Source: an uncultured Clostridia bacterium (GTDB lineage Bacteria; Bacillota; Clostridia; TANB77; CAG-508). From it: 64,000 nt of DNA. The stretch spans positions 32,538 to 96,537 of the forward strand of contig CAMKSF010000002.1 of assembly GCA_946415375.1 (NCBI GenBank), read 5' to 3'. Positions 28,312 to 40,240 of the stretch are shown here, piece by piece; position 1 is the first letter of the stretch; every line of letters begins with the position of its first letter. Below the pieces are notes generated by a model. That model saw only the letters and a list, made by a program, of their open reading frames with translations. It searched no databases and was not told the origin of the DNA. The position numbers and the translations under genes are program-made.

Positions 28312-31300
28312 ATGCTAGAATTAAAAAATATAAAAAAGACTTATGTTACAGGTGATGAAAAAGTCGAAGCTTTAAAAGGCATTAACTTAAAATTTAGAGA
28401 GTCTGAATTTGTATCAATTTTAGGCCAGAGTGGGTGTGGAAAAACTACTCTTTTAAACATAATTGGAGGACTAGACAGATATACATCAGGAGACTTAATT
28501 ATAAATGGAAAATCTACTAAAAAGTTTAAAGATAGAGATTGGGATGCATATAGAAATTACAAAGTTGGGTTTGTATTTCAAAGCTATAATTTAATTGGAC
28601 ATCAAACAATACTTTCAAATGTTGAGCTTGCTCTTACAATAGGAGGGATTTCAAAAAGTGAAAGAAAGACAAGAGCTATTAAGGCATTAGAAGATGTAGG
28701 ACTTAAAGATCAAATCCATAAAAAGCCTAACCAATTATCTGGTGGGCAAATGCAAAGAGTTGCAATAGCAAGAGCTTTAGTAAATAATCCAGATATTATT
28801 TTAGCAGATGAACCAACAGGAGCATTAGATACAAAAACAAGTATTCAAGTTATGGACATTCTAAAAAAGATTTCAAAAGATAAGCTAATTATTATGGTTA
28901 CACATAATCCGGATTTGGCAGAAAAATATTCAAGTAGAATTATTAGAATTTTAGACGGTACAATTACAGAAGATTCAAATCCTATAAATGAAACTTTTGA
29001 AGAAAAAAATGATACAGAAAAAATAGGAAGAACTTCTATGAAGTTTTGGACAGCATTTAGATTAAGCTTAAACAATTTATTAACAAAAAAAGGAAGAACA
29101 ATTTTAGTTGCATTTGCAGGTTCTATTGGAATAATTGGAATTGCACTAGTACAGTCAGTTTCTAATGGATTTCAAGCATATGTTGACCATATACAAGAAG
29201 ACACATTAACATCATATCCTTTAACAATTATGCAAGAAACCACAGATGTTGCAAGTGCATTACTATCAATGACAACTCAAGAAAACAAGAGTGAAGCTTC
29301 TGAAGAAATAAAAGAAGAACAATATATTTCAAAGATGTTAGATAGTTTAAGTACTAATGATTTAAAGAGTTTTAAAAAACATTTGGAGAATAATTACAAT
29401 GAAGTAAAAGATGATTTGTCATCTGTAAAATATTCATATAGTGTAGAGCCTATGATTTATGCTATAGATTCAACAAAAAAAATAGCAAAACTAAATCCAA
29501 GTAATCTTTTTAGTTCTGCTATGGGATCTTCAAGTATGATGAGTTCTTTTTCATCTTCAGTGTATTCACAGATGATAGATGATAAAGAAACATTAAATAA
29601 TTCTTATGATGTTTTAGCAGGGCATTGGCCACAAAAATATGATGAGATGGTTATTGTGCTTTCAGAAAGAAGCACTATATCAGATTTACTTGTTTATTCA
29701 CTAGGATTTAGAGATACAGAGGAATTAAACGATATAGTTAAAAAGATAATGAGTGGAGAAAAGGTTAAAATAAAAAATAAACCTATGTCATTTACATTTG
29801 AAGATTTGATGAATAAAGAACTAAAACTAATAATGCCAGCAGATACATATAAATATAACAAAAAATACGATGTATATGAAGACATGACAGAAGATGAAAA
29901 ATACATGAAAAAAGTGTATGATAAATCAATGAATTTAAAAATAGTAGGTGTGGTTACTGCAAAAGAAGGAGTTTCATCTATGGCATTAAATCCAGGTGTT
30001 GCATATACTAGTGATTTAGTGGACTATATTATAGATGAATCTTCAAAAACAGATATAGTAAAAAAACAAAAAGAGAATGAAAAAATAGATGTACTTTCTG
30101 GAAAAAGATTTGACGAGAAAAAAAGTGATTTAGGATTAGACTTTAAGGATTTAATGGAAATAGATACAGATAATTTAAAGAGTGCATTTAATATTAACAT
30201 TGACGAAAATGCTTTAAGAAAACAAACAGAAAAGTATATGAAAGAAATCAATAATGCTATTACTACAAATACATCACCTGCAAAAAAAGCCTTTTCAAAT
30301 AACCTTAATTCTTTAGCTGATGGAATGTTTAATAGCATAAAAGGAGAATTTACAGCAGAAGATGTTGACAAAATAGTAGATAACTATTTAAAAAGTAAAG
30401 AAGTAACAAAAGCTGTATCTGAATTAGAATCAAAATATGTAATACCAAAAAATACATTTAAAACTGCATATTCGGGTCTTTTAAAAGGATTATTACAAGT
30501 ATATGTAGCATCATATACAGCTGCAAATATGGCTATTCCACAAGGAATGGAAAATATGAATATGCAAAATATGCAAGACTTGCAAAATATGGATCCTGCA
30601 ATGCTCGAACAAATGCAAAAAGCAATGCAAAATAATTCATCAACACAAAGTGAACAGAAGGTGGATATTAAAGTAAAAATAGACAAAGAAATAGTTGGTG
30701 CAGTAAAAAAAGAATATACAAATAGTGCTGCAATACAAAAAACAATAGATACTATGGGAAGTGCAATGACAGAAGCTAAGATGAAGAAAACTGTACTTAC
30801 AAAAGTGGGCGAACTTACAGCAAATATTACAAAAAGCTTTGCAAATGCTTTTAATGTTGACCAAGAAAAAATTGCAAAATCATTTAAAATGAAAATGACT
30901 GAAGAAGAAATAACAAGAGTTATTACCGCAATGCTAACAGACACAGAAACTAATGCAAAGATAAATTTAATAAAATTTGGATATCAAGATAAAGAAGAAC
31001 CAACATACATTTCATTCTATTTTACGAGCTTTGATGGAAAAGAGCATTTTAAAGATTTTATAAATTCATATAATGAAAAAGTAAAAGCAGATGGACATGA
31101 AGATAGAAAAATTAATTATACAGATACAACAGGAATTCTTATGGGATCTGTAAAGACAATAGTAAATGCAGTAACTTATGTTCTTATAGCATTCATTTCT
31201 ATATCATTAGTGGTATCTTCTATAATGATAGGAATTATAACATACATTTCTGTATATGAAAGAACAAAAGAGATAGGAATACTAAGAGCAATTGGTGCTT

Positions 31301-31575
31301 CAAAACACAATATTTCTTCAATATTTAATGCAGAGACATTTATAATAGGACTTTTATCAGGACTATTTGGAATTGGATTTACTTATGCAGTAATACCTAT
31401 TATTAATAAAGTACTACATCATTTTACTGGAAATATTCCACTTAATGCAACGTTCTATTTAAGTAATGCAATAAGATTAGTAATATTAAGTGTAATTCTT
31501 ACTTTAATTGGAGGATTAATACCTGCAAAAGCAGCATCAAAGAAAGACCCTGTGATAGCATTAAGAACAGAATAG
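28312..31575 (+). CDS. Fused ABC transporter ATP-binding/FtsX-type permease (MacB-like) with ~650-aa extracytoplasmic insert
   Basis: [12 protein letters not shown] Walker [27 protein letters not shown], then a TM helix, a long soluble region and a C-terminal FtsX-like 3-TM block. ATG 28312 follows AAAGGAAG. Confidence 0.85.
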   Translation: MLELKNIKKTYVTGDEKVEALKGINLKFRESEFVSILGQSGCGKTTLLNIIGGLDRYTSGDLIINGKSTKKFKDRDWDAYRNYKVGFVFQSYNLIGHQTILSNVELALTIGGISKSERKTRAIKALEDVGLKDQIHKKPNQLSGGQMQRVAIARALVNNPDIILADEPTGALDTKTSIQVMDILKKISKDKLIIMVTHNPDLAEKYSSRIIRILDGTITEDSNPINETFEEKNDTEKIGRTSMKFWTAFRLSLNNLLTKKGRTILVAFAGSIGIIGIALVQSVSNGFQAYVDHIQEDTLTSYPLTIMQETTDVASALLSMTTQENKSEASEEIKEEQYISKMLDSLSTNDLKSFKKHLENNYNEVKDDLSSVKYSYSVEPMIYAIDSTKKIAKLNPSNLFSSAMGSSSMMSSFSSSVYSQMIDDKETLNNSYDVLAGHWPQKYDEMVIVLSERSTISDLLVYSLGFRDTEELNDIVKKIMSGEKVKIKNKPMSFTFEDLMNKELKLIMPADTYKYNKKYDVYEDMTEDEKYMKKVYDKSMNLKIVGVVTAKEGVSSMALNPGVAYTSDLVDYIIDESSKTDIVKKQKENEKIDVLSGKRFDEKKSDLGLDFKDLMEIDTDNLKSAFNINIDENALRKQTEKYMKEINNAITTNTSPAKKAFSNNLNSLADGMFNSIKGEFTAEDVDKIVDNYLKSKEVTKAVSELESKYVIPKNTFKTAYSGLLKGLLQVYVASYTAANMAIPQGMENMNMQNMQDLQNMDPAMLEQMQKAMQNNSSTQSEQKVDIKVKIDKEIVGAVKKEYTNSAAIQKTIDTMGSAMTEAKMKKTVLTKVGELTANITKSFANAFNVDQEKIAKSFKMKMTEEEITRVITAMLTDTETNAKINLIKFGYQDKEEPTYISFYFTSFDGKEHFKDFINSYNEKVKADGHEDRKINYTDTTGILMGSVKTIVNAVTYVLIAFISISLVVSSIMIGIITYISVYERTKEIGILRAIGASKHNISSIFNAETFIIGLLSGLFGIGFTYAVIPIINKVLHHFTGNIPLNATFYLSNAIRLVILSVILTLIGGLIPAKAASKKDPVIALRTE

Positions 31576-31626
31576 GTGCCAAAGGGGACGGGGCAATTTG
31601 GCATAAAAGGATTAGGAGAGTATAGT

Positions 31627-32244
31627 ATGAAAATTGTTGCAATAACTGGGAAATTTGGCAGTGGAAAAAGTTTTTATTCAAGAAAAATAAATGAAAAATT
31701 AAATAGTTCTATGGTTGTAAATTTAGATAGTGTTTTTTTTGAACTAATAAATAATGATCAAGATATAAAAAATGCAATTGTTCAAAAGTATGGAGAAAAT
31801 GCATATAATAAAAATAATAATATTGATTTATCTGTTATCCAAGAAGATGAAGAAGGTTTTAGTGTATTATTTAATATTTGTGAAGAAAAGTTTAATAAAA
31901 AAATACTAACAATAATAGATAAAGCAAAAGAATTTGGAGTGGAAACACTTGTATTTGATTGGTTTATGTTACCAAAAACAATAGCTTTTGAAAAGGCGGA
32001 TTTTAAAATATTGGTTAATCCAAATCAAAAGGACAGAGAGCAAAGCTTGATTTCAAGAGATTCAACATATACACCAGAAATAATTGAAAGAAAGGACAAA
32101 GCTTTAGGAATAGATTATATGAGTTACCATTATGATGAAATAGTTAGTCATTCTTATCAAGATAACTCTGATAAAATAGTTGAGAAGACAATAAAAGGGA
32201 TAAATGAAATTGATAAAAGGTCTATTGATGAAGAAGGAAGATAA
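31627..32244 (+). CDS. coaE: Dephospho-CoA kinase-like P-loop protein
   Basis: MKIVAITGKFGSGKS Walker A at the extreme N-terminus; ~205 aa and layout fit CoaE but the sequence is divergent. ATG 31627 follows GGAGAG; the ORF opens at 31576. Confidence 0.5.
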   Translation: MKIVAITGKFGSGKSFYSRKINEKLNSSMVVNLDSVFFELINNDQDIKNAIVQKYGENAYNKNNNIDLSVIQEDEEGFSVLFNICEEKFNKKILTIIDKAKEFGVETLVFDWFMLPKTIAFEKADFKILVNPNQKDREQSLISRDSTYTPEIIERKDKALGIDYMSYHYDEIVSHSYQDNSDKIVEKTIKGINEIDKRSIDEEGR

Positions 32245-32246
32245 AT

Positions 32247-32281
32247 AAAAAAAGATTGCAATTATGTTGCAATCTTTTTTA
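32247..32281 (+). terminator. Rho-independent terminator
   Basis: AGATTGCA-attatgt-TGCAATCT flanked by an A-run and T-run. Confidence 0.6.
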
Positions 32282-32359
32282 AAATTATTGATTTTTTTAT
32301 TGAACTTAATTTGAATTAATGATAATATTAAAATATAAAGAAAAAGGGAGGAATAAAAA

Positions 32360-33307
32360 GTGAAAGATATCAAAATATTTGCATGTAACACAGCTGAAAA
32401 ATTCACACAAGAAGTATGTAATTGCCTAAATTTAAAAATGGGAGAGAAAGATTCTTACAAATTTAAAAATGACAATAATTTTGTACAATTTAAAGAAAGT
32501 GTAAGAAATCAAGATGTATATTTAATTCAAACCACGGAGGTACCTGTTAATGAAAGAATAATGGAATTATTAATTACCATTGATGCTGCTAAAAGAGCTG
32601 CAGCGAAAAGAATAACAGTTGTACTTCCGTATTTTATCTATTCAAGAACAGATAAAAAGGATCAGCCAAGAGTACCTATAACATCAAAGTTAATTGCTAA
32701 ATTAATTGAAACAGCTGGTGCTGACAGAGTGATAACTTGTGATCTTCATAATTCAGCAATACAAGCATTTTTTGAAATAGGATGTGACAGACTTACTGGA
32801 AGTTATCTATTAGCAGATTATTTTAAGAAAAAGAAGTTAAAAGATATGGTAGTTGTGGCAACTGATGCAGGCAGTTCTAAAAAGGCATATAAGTACTCTA
32901 AATTATTGAATTGTCCAATGGCGCTAATTGATAAAAGAAGAAGCAACAATGATGATAAAGCAGTTGCAGCAAATATTATAGGAGATGTAAAAGATAAAAC
33001 AGCATTAATATTAGATGATGAAATAAGCACAGGAGGAACTCTTATAGAGGCTATTAATATATGCAAAAATCATGGAGCTAAAGAAATATATGCTGGAGCA
33101 ACTCATGGAATATTTGCAGGAGATGCAATTGAAAGATTAGATAAATCATGTGCTAAAGAGGTTGTTGTTACAAATACAATTCCAATAGATGATAATAAAA
33201 AAATTGATAAAATAAAGGTTATTTCAATAGCTCCTCTTTTTGCAGAAGCAATCAGAAGGATAAATGAAGGACAACCTTTAGGAGATTTATTTTTATATGA
33301 AAAATAG
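32360..33307 (+). CDS. prs: Ribose-phosphate pyrophosphokinase
   Basis: DLHNSAIQAFF and PRPP loop ALILDDEISTGGTL, 315 aa, GTG start 8 nt after GGGAGG. Confidence 0.9.
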   Translation: MKDIKIFACNTAEKFTQEVCNCLNLKMGEKDSYKFKNDNNFVQFKESVRNQDVYLIQTTEVPVNERIMELLITIDAAKRAAAKRITVVLPYFIYSRTDKKDQPRVPITSKLIAKLIETAGADRVITCDLHNSAIQAFFEIGCDRLTGSYLLADYFKKKKLKDMVVVATDAGSSKKAYKYSKLLNCPMALIDKRRSNNDDKAVAANIIGDVKDKTALILDDEISTGGTLIEAINICKNHGAKEIYAGATHGIFAGDAIERLDKSCAKEVVVTNTIPIDDNKKIDKIKVISIAPLFAEAIRRINEGQPLGDLFLYEK

Positions 33308-33405
33308 GAGGGCAAAAAAATATTTACATTTTAATAGAGAAACTGTAAAATAATAGATAGTATTTTAATTATAAATGATAAATAAAATAAAAAGGAGGTA
33401 AGAAT

Positions 33406-33657
33406 ATGATTTTTGACATTTTTGGTTGGATAGGAATGGTATTAGTATTAATTGCTTATGGATTGTTATCAACTAATAAAATTCCTAATGGAAAACTATA
33501 TCAAGTTCTAAATTTAGTAGCTGCAATTTTTATGGCAATAGGGTTATTTCCTAAAAATGCATGGTTTTCTTTTGCATTACAAATTGCGTGGGCTTTAATT
33601 GGAATTATTGCAATTATAAAGATTTTAAAGAAAGAAAAAATAAATATAGAAGAATAA
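33406..33657 (+). CDS. Small 3-TM membrane protein (CBU_0592-like, tentative)
   Basis: 83 aa with three hydrophobic helices; YQVLNLVAAIF motif. Confidence 0.45.
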   Translation: MIFDIFGWIGMVLVLIAYGLLSTNKIPNGKLYQVLNLVAAIFMAIGLFPKNAWFSFALQIAWALIGIIAIIKILKKEKINIEE

Positions 33658-33659
33658 AA

Positions 33660-33692
33660 AACAGAGGACACTAAAAAGTTCCTCTATTTTTA
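33660..33692. terminator. Bidirectional terminator between convergent genes
   Basis: AGAGGA-N11-TCCTCT with flanking A- and T-runs. Confidence 0.5.
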
Positions 33693-33699
33693 TATAATT

Positions 33700-35160
33700 T
33701 TAGTTTGCTTTTTCCGAAATGTCTGAAAAATATCCTGGAGTAGAAGGAGGAGAATCTATTACAGCATAGTATTTATCAATATGGCTTGCATCATATGTAG
33801 TTCCGTTCCCTCCAACTAGTTGAGTATCATTATTAAACATTTTTTCATAGTTTGAAGCATTTGTAACTTTTGTTGTTACAAAAGTATCACTTGCATAGAT
33901 TGTGGTTAAACTGCTCATGTTGTCAAACATTTTTTCCATGGAAGTAACATTACTTGTATCAAAACTACTTATATCTAATTCTTTTAGATTATTCATACTG
34001 CTAAACATTCTAGACATTTTTGTTAAACTTCTAGTATCAAAACTTGAAATATTTAAGAAACGTATGCCTGTTGAACCGTTAAACATATTACTCATTGTTG
34101 TAACTTTTTTTGTATCGAAGCTACCCAAATCTAGATTTTTCAAAGCTCTTAGATTCCCAAACATAGAAGCCATATCAGTTACATTTGCAGTATTGAATGT
34201 ACTTAAATCTAGTGTTTCTAAAGAATTACAATTATAAAACATTTGTAGCATTTTGATAACATTATCAGTTCTAAATTTTATATCTATTTCTTTAACACCA
34301 GTTAAATTGTTAAACATATATGAGCTATCTTTATTTAGGTATAATAAATCAGCTGCAGAGTAATAATAAATAGTTCCGTTATTAAACCAAATATATATTG
34401 GCTCAGAATCACTTAAAGCTACATTATTGTCATCTGTATCATATCCATCAGGAATAGCAGATGATTTTTTTATTAAAATTATATTTGTATTTGTAGTTGA
34501 ATAGGTTGAATTAGCGTTACCGGATTTTTGTTTCATTTTTTTATTTACATCTTGACCTTTTGAAAAAGTTGCAATTATTTGTTTTCTCCATTGTGCATAT
34601 AAATCAATATTTTCTGTTGATGAAAATGATTGTCTGTCTGAGTATTTATTACCTGAACCATCTTCTTTTGTATTCCAACCAGTAAAAATATAGCCAGCTT
34701 TTGTAAATGAATTAGGTGTTAATTGTATTTCTTCATTAGAGTATATGGTTTGATTAGAAATTGTTCCTATTCCACCGTTTGGATGGAATGAAATTGTATA
34801 TTTTATTCTGGTGCTTTCGCCTGCTTGAATTGATATACTTTCTCCTTTAGCACTTAATATCCAGTTAGATGAATTAGAATCATCAACAGAATAATCACTT
34901 CCAAATTCTTTTTTTAATGCATCTTCTAAAATGGACTTTGTGTAATCTGTTTGATGACTTATTAATACTCCTTGATAAACAGATTGAAGTCTTTCTTTTA
35001 TTTGAGCACTTTCAGTGTTTTCTTTTGCAATAGAAGTTTTTGCTAGAATACCATTATCTCCAGAAATCATAGAAATACCGATTCCGGCCAATATTAAAAG
35101 AAGAATAACTGTTATAACCAATGCAATTATAGTTATACCAGAGTTATAGTTTTTTTTCAT
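33700..35160 (-). CDS. Surface protein: pilin-like N-terminal leader + Listeria/Bacteroides-type repeat + BspA/DUF285-type leucine-rich repeats
   Basis: N-terminus KKNYNSGITIIALVITVILLLILAG. YTISFHPNGG...GYIFTGWNTKEDGSG repeat. Then ~23-aa repeats of the form L..LDLSSFDT..VT.M..MF. Confidence 0.8.
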   Translation of the reverse strand: MKKNYNSGITIIALVITVILLLILAGIGISMISGDNGILAKTSIAKENTESAQIKERLQSVYQGVLISHQTDYTKSILEDALKKEFGSDYSVDDSNSSNWILSAKGESISIQAGESTRIKYTISFHPNGGIGTISNQTIYSNEEIQLTPNSFTKAGYIFTGWNTKEDGSGNKYSDRQSFSSTENIDLYAQWRKQIIATFSKGQDVNKKMKQKSGNANSTYSTTNTNIILIKKSSAIPDGYDTDDNNVALSDSEPIYIWFNNGTIYYYSAADLLYLNKDSSYMFNNLTGVKEIDIKFRTDNVIKMLQMFYNCNSLETLDLSTFNTANVTDMASMFGNLRALKNLDLGSFDTKKVTTMSNMFNGSTGIRFLNISSFDTRSLTKMSRMFSSMNNLKELDISSFDTSNVTSMEKMFDNMSSLTTIYASDTFVTTKVTNASNYEKMFNNDTQLVGGNGTTYDASHIDKYYAVIDSPPSTPGYFSDISEKAN

Positions 35161-35533
35161 TTGTTTCTCCTTTTTTATACAATTATTTAATTATATTATA
35201 ATTTATTAGGAATATAATGTCAATTATATACTTAAGAGTGTTTTAGTATAAAGCTCCCAAAACAAATATACCTAATATTTCGCTATAGATTTAATAGTAC
35301 AATAGTTATAAATATTTCTTGCATTTACTCCATAAATTGGTAAGTTATTAACATAGCAATAACAATAATCAACTAAAAATTTCATGACAAGATTAGTGCA
35401 AATTCATTCACTTGCATGGAAAGAAGCGGAATACCATCTTCGGTTAAGTTGTTTTGTTTTTGAAATTGAATTACAGCTTTTTTTAATTAGGACCATTTGA
35501 TCCTATTCTTAAAGTTATCTCAAAATCCTTCTT

Positions 35534-37381
35534 TTATAGCTCCATTTCAGGCTTATATCTTTCAAGCCACATATTTACTTGGCAAAGATATGCCATAAGT
35601 TGAGGGCCAGTCATTAATTGACCAAACCAAGGTCTTGAAAAAGATTTTCCATCTGTTTTCAATATTTCCAAAATATATTGTCTATTTAGTAAAGAATTAA
35701 TAGGTGCGTTTGGATTAGACATTATTTCAGAAAGCATTGATTTTACCCTTGCAAGATATGTTGGATTGTGTGTTTTAGGGTATGGTGATTTTTTTCTTTC
35801 AACAATTTCTTGAGGAAGAATATCTTTACATACATAACGAAGTAGACCTTTTTCACGACCATTTAAAGCTTTAATTTCCCAAGGAATATTCCACATGTAT
35901 TCAGCTAAACGATAGTCACAAAATGGTACACGGATTTCTAAACCACTATGCATTCCCATTCTGTCACCTCTCTCTAATAGTGTTTGCATAAACCAATTAA
36001 TTGTTAAATGAGATATTTTTCTTTTTTGAGCTGTTTCTTCAGAATCACAATCTAGTATTTCTACCTCATTTAGACTTTCATTATATCTATAGTCAATATA
36101 ATATTTTAAATCAATTTTCTTTGAAATTTCTGGATTTAAAAGATTTTGTCTTTCTTTTATTGCAATAGACCAAGGAAATGTACCTGATTCTAAGCTATCA
36201 GCTCTAAAAAACCAAGGATATCCACCGAATATTTCATCTGCGCATTCACCCATTAGAGTTACAGTATGTTCTTTTTTTACTTGTCTGCAAAATAGTAATA
36301 ATGAGGAATCTACATCTGCCATTCCAGGCATATCTCTGGCTATCATTGCATCTTCTAGTGCTTCTGCTAAAGCAGGTGTATCTAGAATGACTTTTTGATT
36401 TTCGGAATAACTATTTTCGGTCATTAGGTTAATATAGTAATTATCGGAATTAGGTTGAAAATCTGATTTTATAAAATTCTTATCATTATCTAAATAATCT
36501 ACAGAATATGTAGGAATAGGAGAAAATCCTTTTTCTTTTCTATATTCTCCGATTAATTTAGTTAGGATGCTTGAATCAAGACCACCTGATAGAAACGTAC
36601 ATATTGGAACATCAGAATAAAGCTGTTTATTAATAGAATCTTTTAGTAAATATTTTAGATGTGAGCATGTTTCTTCAAAACTTTCTGTATATGGTTTACT
36701 TTTTAGTTTCCAATATCTTTCAATATGGAATCCAGTTTTAGTAAGAACTGCATAATGAGCAGGTTTTATTTCGTATATGTTTTTATATATTGTAAGACCT
36801 GGAGTATGAGCAGGACCTATTCCAAATAGTTCTGATAATCCTTGCTTATCTAGTGCCTTTTGTATATTTGGATATTCAAATATAGCTTTTAATTCTGAAG
36901 CAAATATAAATGAATTTTCAAAAAAAGTATAATATAAAGGTTTTACTCCAAAGTGATCTCGTGCTAAAAACAATTCCTCGCTATGAGAGTCCCAAATTGC
37001 AAAGCTAAAAATTCCGTTTAAATGATGCACAACATCTTTTCCATAAAAGATATATGCTTTTAACAATACTTCTGTATCTGAATGAGTTTTAAATTCAAAA
37101 CCTTGGATAATTAAAGCTTGTTTTATTTCATCGAAATTATATATTTGACCATTATATACTATTACATATTCTCCAAATGAGTGTTTTTCTATCATAGGTT
37201 GTTTACCACCTTCAGGGTCAATTACAATAAGTCTTTTGTGTCCTAATGCAATATGATTACCTATATAATAACCAGTTTCATCCGGACCTCTTTTGTATAA
37301 AGTATTTGTCATATTATCTAATACACTTTTATATGATGAGATATTTTTCACATAGTTTACAAATCCAACAATTCCACACAT
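35534..37381 (-). CDS. asnB: Asparagine synthase (glutamine-hydrolysing)
   Basis: MCGIVGF Ntn amidotransferase start, SGGLDSS PP-loop, 615 aa. Confidence 0.9.
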   Translation of the reverse strand: MCGIVGFVNYVKNISSYKSVLDNMTNTLYKRGPDETGYYIGNHIALGHKRLIVIDPEGGKQPMIEKHSFGEYVIVYNGQIYNFDEIKQALIIQGFEFKTHSDTEVLLKAYIFYGKDVVHHLNGIFSFAIWDSHSEELFLARDHFGVKPLYYTFFENSFIFASELKAIFEYPNIQKALDKQGLSELFGIGPAHTPGLTIYKNIYEIKPAHYAVLTKTGFHIERYWKLKSKPYTESFEETCSHLKYLLKDSINKQLYSDVPICTFLSGGLDSSILTKLIGEYRKEKGFSPIPTYSVDYLDNDKNFIKSDFQPNSDNYYINLMTENSYSENQKVILDTPALAEALEDAMIARDMPGMADVDSSLLLFCRQVKKEHTVTLMGECADEIFGGYPWFFRADSLESGTFPWSIAIKERQNLLNPEISKKIDLKYYIDYRYNESLNEVEILDCDSEETAQKRKISHLTINWFMQTLLERGDRMGMHSGLEIRVPFCDYRLAEYMWNIPWEIKALNGREKGLLRYVCKDILPQEIVERKKSPYPKTHNPTYLARVKSMLSEIMSNPNAPINSLLNRQYILEILKTDGKSFSRPWFGQLMTGPQLMAYLCQVNMWLERYKPEMEL

Positions 37382-37488
37382 AATTTCCTCCTTTATAAAG
37401 TAGTATATGTATTATTTTGTAAAATGTTATTGATATTTTATATAATTTATAGTAAAATATATTAAGGACAAAAGAAGGGAGCAAGGTA

Positions 37489-38352
37489 ATGAGACCAGTT
37501 ATGCCAAAAAATAAATTGAGTTATAAATTATGGATTCTATACGCTGTGATTTTCATTATTTGTGTTGCAGGAATTGCAGTAGCTTTGTCTAAAATAGAAT
37601 ATTTTGAAGACGAAAATTTGGAAAGAGCATTTGGATTTATAGACAAAGATGCGCAAAAAGAAGATGAGTACAATGAATTAAAAACAGAGTTTGATACAAT
37701 TTTTACAAATCAAATTGAGAATCTACAACAAGGAAATTTAGAAATTCAAAAAATTAACAAAAATTATGACATTGTTGTTACAGCATATAATTCTAAGGAA
37801 GAGAAAGAAAACTGTTTAATTGATGTTGCAATTCCATATATTAATATAAATCATCCATCTGCAAAAGAATTTAATAAGAAAGTTGATGGAATATATAAGA
37901 AAAAAGCAGAGTCTTTAAAAAGCCAAGTAAGTACAGTAGACACTATTTATACCGTACAGTATAAGGCATATTTACAAAATAATATTTTATCAGTTGCTAT
38001 TCGCTCTGAATATAAAGAAGGAAATAAAAGCCAAAAGATAATAGTAAATACATATAATTATAACGTAGTTGAACAAAGAGCAGTTAAAATTGATGAATTA
38101 TTAAAAATAAGAAATATAAAAAATAATGATGCTACAAAGAAGATTCGAGATGAAATTAAAGCGATTCAAGAACAGAATAAAGCTTTAATTGATGAAGGAT
38201 ATGCATTATATAAAAGAGATTACAATTCTTCGATGTATGATATTTTAAATTGCAAACATTATTTATTTGGAAAAAATGGAATGATATATGTTATTTATCC
38301 ATATGGAAACGAAGAGGATACAAGTGAAATGGATGTAGTAATATTTGAATAA
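37489..38352 (+). CDS. Hypothetical membrane-anchored protein (possibly DUF3298/RsiV-like)
   Basis: One N-terminal TM helix and an extracytoplasmic domain. The family assignment is only an impression. Confidence 0.45.
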   Translation: MRPVMPKNKLSYKLWILYAVIFIICVAGIAVALSKIEYFEDENLERAFGFIDKDAQKEDEYNELKTEFDTIFTNQIENLQQGNLEIQKINKNYDIVVTAYNSKEEKENCLIDVAIPYININHPSAKEFNKKVDGIYKKKAESLKSQVSTVDTIYTVQYKAYLQNNILSVAIRSEYKEGNKSQKIIVNTYNYNVVEQRAVKIDELLKIRNIKNNDATKKIRDEIKAIQEQNKALIDEGYALYKRDYNSSMYDILNCKHYLFGKNGMIYVIYPYGNEEDTSEMDVVIFE

Positions 38353-38388
38353 AAAAATTCAGTTTCTTTTTAGAACTGAATTTTTTTG
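38351..38388. terminator. Rho-independent terminator
   Basis: AAAAAAATTCAGTT-loop-AACTGAATTTTTTT. Confidence 0.6.
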
Positions 38389-38544
38389 AAAATAAAAGGG
38401 GATAAAAGTTAGTATTATACTAACAATATATTTATATAATAAACTATGTATTTGTCCAATTTGTGAAAAAACAGTTATATTTCGGTGAAGTTGTTATTTT
38501 ATTTTAAAAGTGATATAATTACAAAAAAAGAGAAGGAGGGTTTT

Positions 38545-39498
38545 ATGAAGAAAGGGAAAGTTGCACTGATTGGTGCTGGATTTGTTGGGATGAGTATGGC
38601 TTATGCAATGCTTAATAGAGGTGGAGTTTCAGAGTTAGTATTAATAGATATAGACAAAAATAAAATAGAAGGAGAGGAGATGGATTTATCTCACGGATTA
38701 GCATTTGCTCCTTCAAAAATGGTAATTAAAGCAGGAGACTATGCAGATTGCAAGGATGCACAAGTTGCTGTAATAACTGCAGGAGTTGCACAAAAGCCAG
38801 GACAAACAAGACTTGAACTTGCAGAAATTAATGCAAAAATCGTAAAAAATATTGTGAAAGATCTAATGGCAAGTGGATTTAATGGGATAACTGTTATGGC
38901 AAGTAACCCAGTCGATTTAATGACTTATGTTGCAGCGGAAGTGTCTGGTCTTCCTAAAAATCAAGTATTTGGAACAGGAACGGTATTAGATACTGCTAGA
39001 TTAAGATATATGATAGGTGAATATTTAAACATTGCCACAAAGAATATACATGCTTATATTTTAGGAGAACATGGAGATTCATCATTTGTTCCATGGAGAT
39101 ATGCTTTAGTTGGTTGTAAGGGAATAGTAGATGTAATGAAAGATAATCATCATTCTATGAAAAAACTAAATGAATTACATGAAGAAGTAGTAAATGCAGC
39201 TTATGAAATTATTCAAAAGAAAAAAGCAACTTACTATGGAATAGGAGTGGCATTAAGTAGAATTGTAAAAGCTATAATAGATAATGAAAATTCTATTTTA
39301 ACTATTTCGACTTATTTAGATGGACAATATAATGAAAAGGATGTTTTTATAGGAGTACCCGCAATAATCAATAGTAATGGTGTTAGAGAAATAGTAGAGT
39401 TAGAATTAACAGAAGAAGAACAAAAAAAACTAGATGAGAGCTGTAATATTATGAAAGAAATGAGAAAAAAATCAATTGATAAAATAGTAAAGGAATGA
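38545..39498 (+). CDS. ldh: L-lactate dehydrogenase
   Basis: KVALIGAGFVGMS Rossmann motif, GEHGDS catalytic His loop. ATG 38545 follows GAAGGAGGG; the ORF opens at 38485. Confidence 0.9.
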   Translation: MKKGKVALIGAGFVGMSMAYAMLNRGGVSELVLIDIDKNKIEGEEMDLSHGLAFAPSKMVIKAGDYADCKDAQVAVITAGVAQKPGQTRLELAEINAKIVKNIVKDLMASGFNGITVMASNPVDLMTYVAAEVSGLPKNQVFGTGTVLDTARLRYMIGEYLNIATKNIHAYILGEHGDSSFVPWRYALVGCKGIVDVMKDNHHSMKKLNELHEEVVNAAYEIIQKKKATYYGIGVALSRIVKAIIDNENSILTISTYLDGQYNEKDVFIGVPAIINSNGVREIVELELTEEEQKKLDESCNIMKEMRKKSIDKIVKE

Positions 39499-39502
39499 TT
39501 TT

Positions 39503-40126
39503 ATGAATAAAACAAAGAGAAAGATATTTGAAACTTCAATGAAATTGTTTGCGGAAAAAGGATATGATGCAACAAGTATAGAAGACATAACAGAAACAGT
39601 AGGGGTAGCAAAGGGAACATTATACTATCATTTTACAAGTAAAGAAGAAATATTTGACTTTTTAGTTGAAGAAGGAATAAAACTTTTACAAAATAGTGTT
39701 GATATAAAAATTGCTAAATATTCAAATTATTTAGATAAAATAAAAGCTATTATTTTAATTCAAATAAAAATAGTAAATAAATATGAAAATATAATTAATA
39801 TTATTCTTACGCAACTATGGGGAAAGGAAAAGAGAAATCAAAAATGTCAGAAACTTATATATGACTATATAGATAAAATTGAAGACATTATTAAGATGGG
39901 AATATCAAAGGGACAGATAAAAGGTGATGATTCGAAAATAATTGCAACTGAAATATATGGCCTAATATGTTCAACCCTAGTATATAAGATGAGGGAAAAG
40001 GAAAAATTTGATATAAGTGATATGTATAATACATTTGAGGCAACAATTATAAAGGGTCTAAAACGGAAGTGCGTAGTAACAGAAGGAATATTACATTTTT
40101 GTTACAAAAGTGTAATAAAAATGTAA
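39503..40126 (+). CDS. TetR/AcrR family transcriptional regulator
   Basis: KIFETSMKLFAEKGYDATSIEDITETVGVAKGTLYYHF is a typical TetR N-terminal HTH. Confidence 0.8.
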   Translation: MNKTKRKIFETSMKLFAEKGYDATSIEDITETVGVAKGTLYYHFTSKEEIFDFLVEEGIKLLQNSVDIKIAKYSNYLDKIKAIILIQIKIVNKYENIINIILTQLWGKEKRNQKCQKLIYDYIDKIEDIIKMGISKGQIKGDDSKIIATEIYGLICSTLVYKMREKEKFDISDMYNTFEATIIKGLKRKCVVTEGILHFCYKSVIKM

Positions 40127-40240
40127 TATTATTGTAACTAAAATGTAAACAAGAAAAAACACTAAAATACTTGTAGATTTATGACACTTGTTATATAATT
40201 ATAGTAGATTATGTAGGAAAACAAAGGAGGGAGCTTTACA

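Noticed and set aside
31577-31603. GC-rich hairpin TGCCAAA-ggggacggggcaa-TTTGGCA between the ABC transporter and the coaE-like gene
   Set aside because: It is short, isolated and has no T-run. It is probably an intercistronic stabiliser, and two G4 runs are not enough to argue for a G-quadruplex.
35161-35533. 370-nt spacer upstream of the LRR protein gene with a small GC patch (around 35400-35450) as a possible riboswitch
   Set aside because: I could only draw 4-5 bp stems and recognised no riboswitch consensus. It is left as an ordinary long promoter region.
38461-38500. Possible Rex operator upstream of ldh (TTGTGAA half-site)
   Set aside because: Only one half-site is present; no matching TTCACAA partner occurs at the expected spacing.
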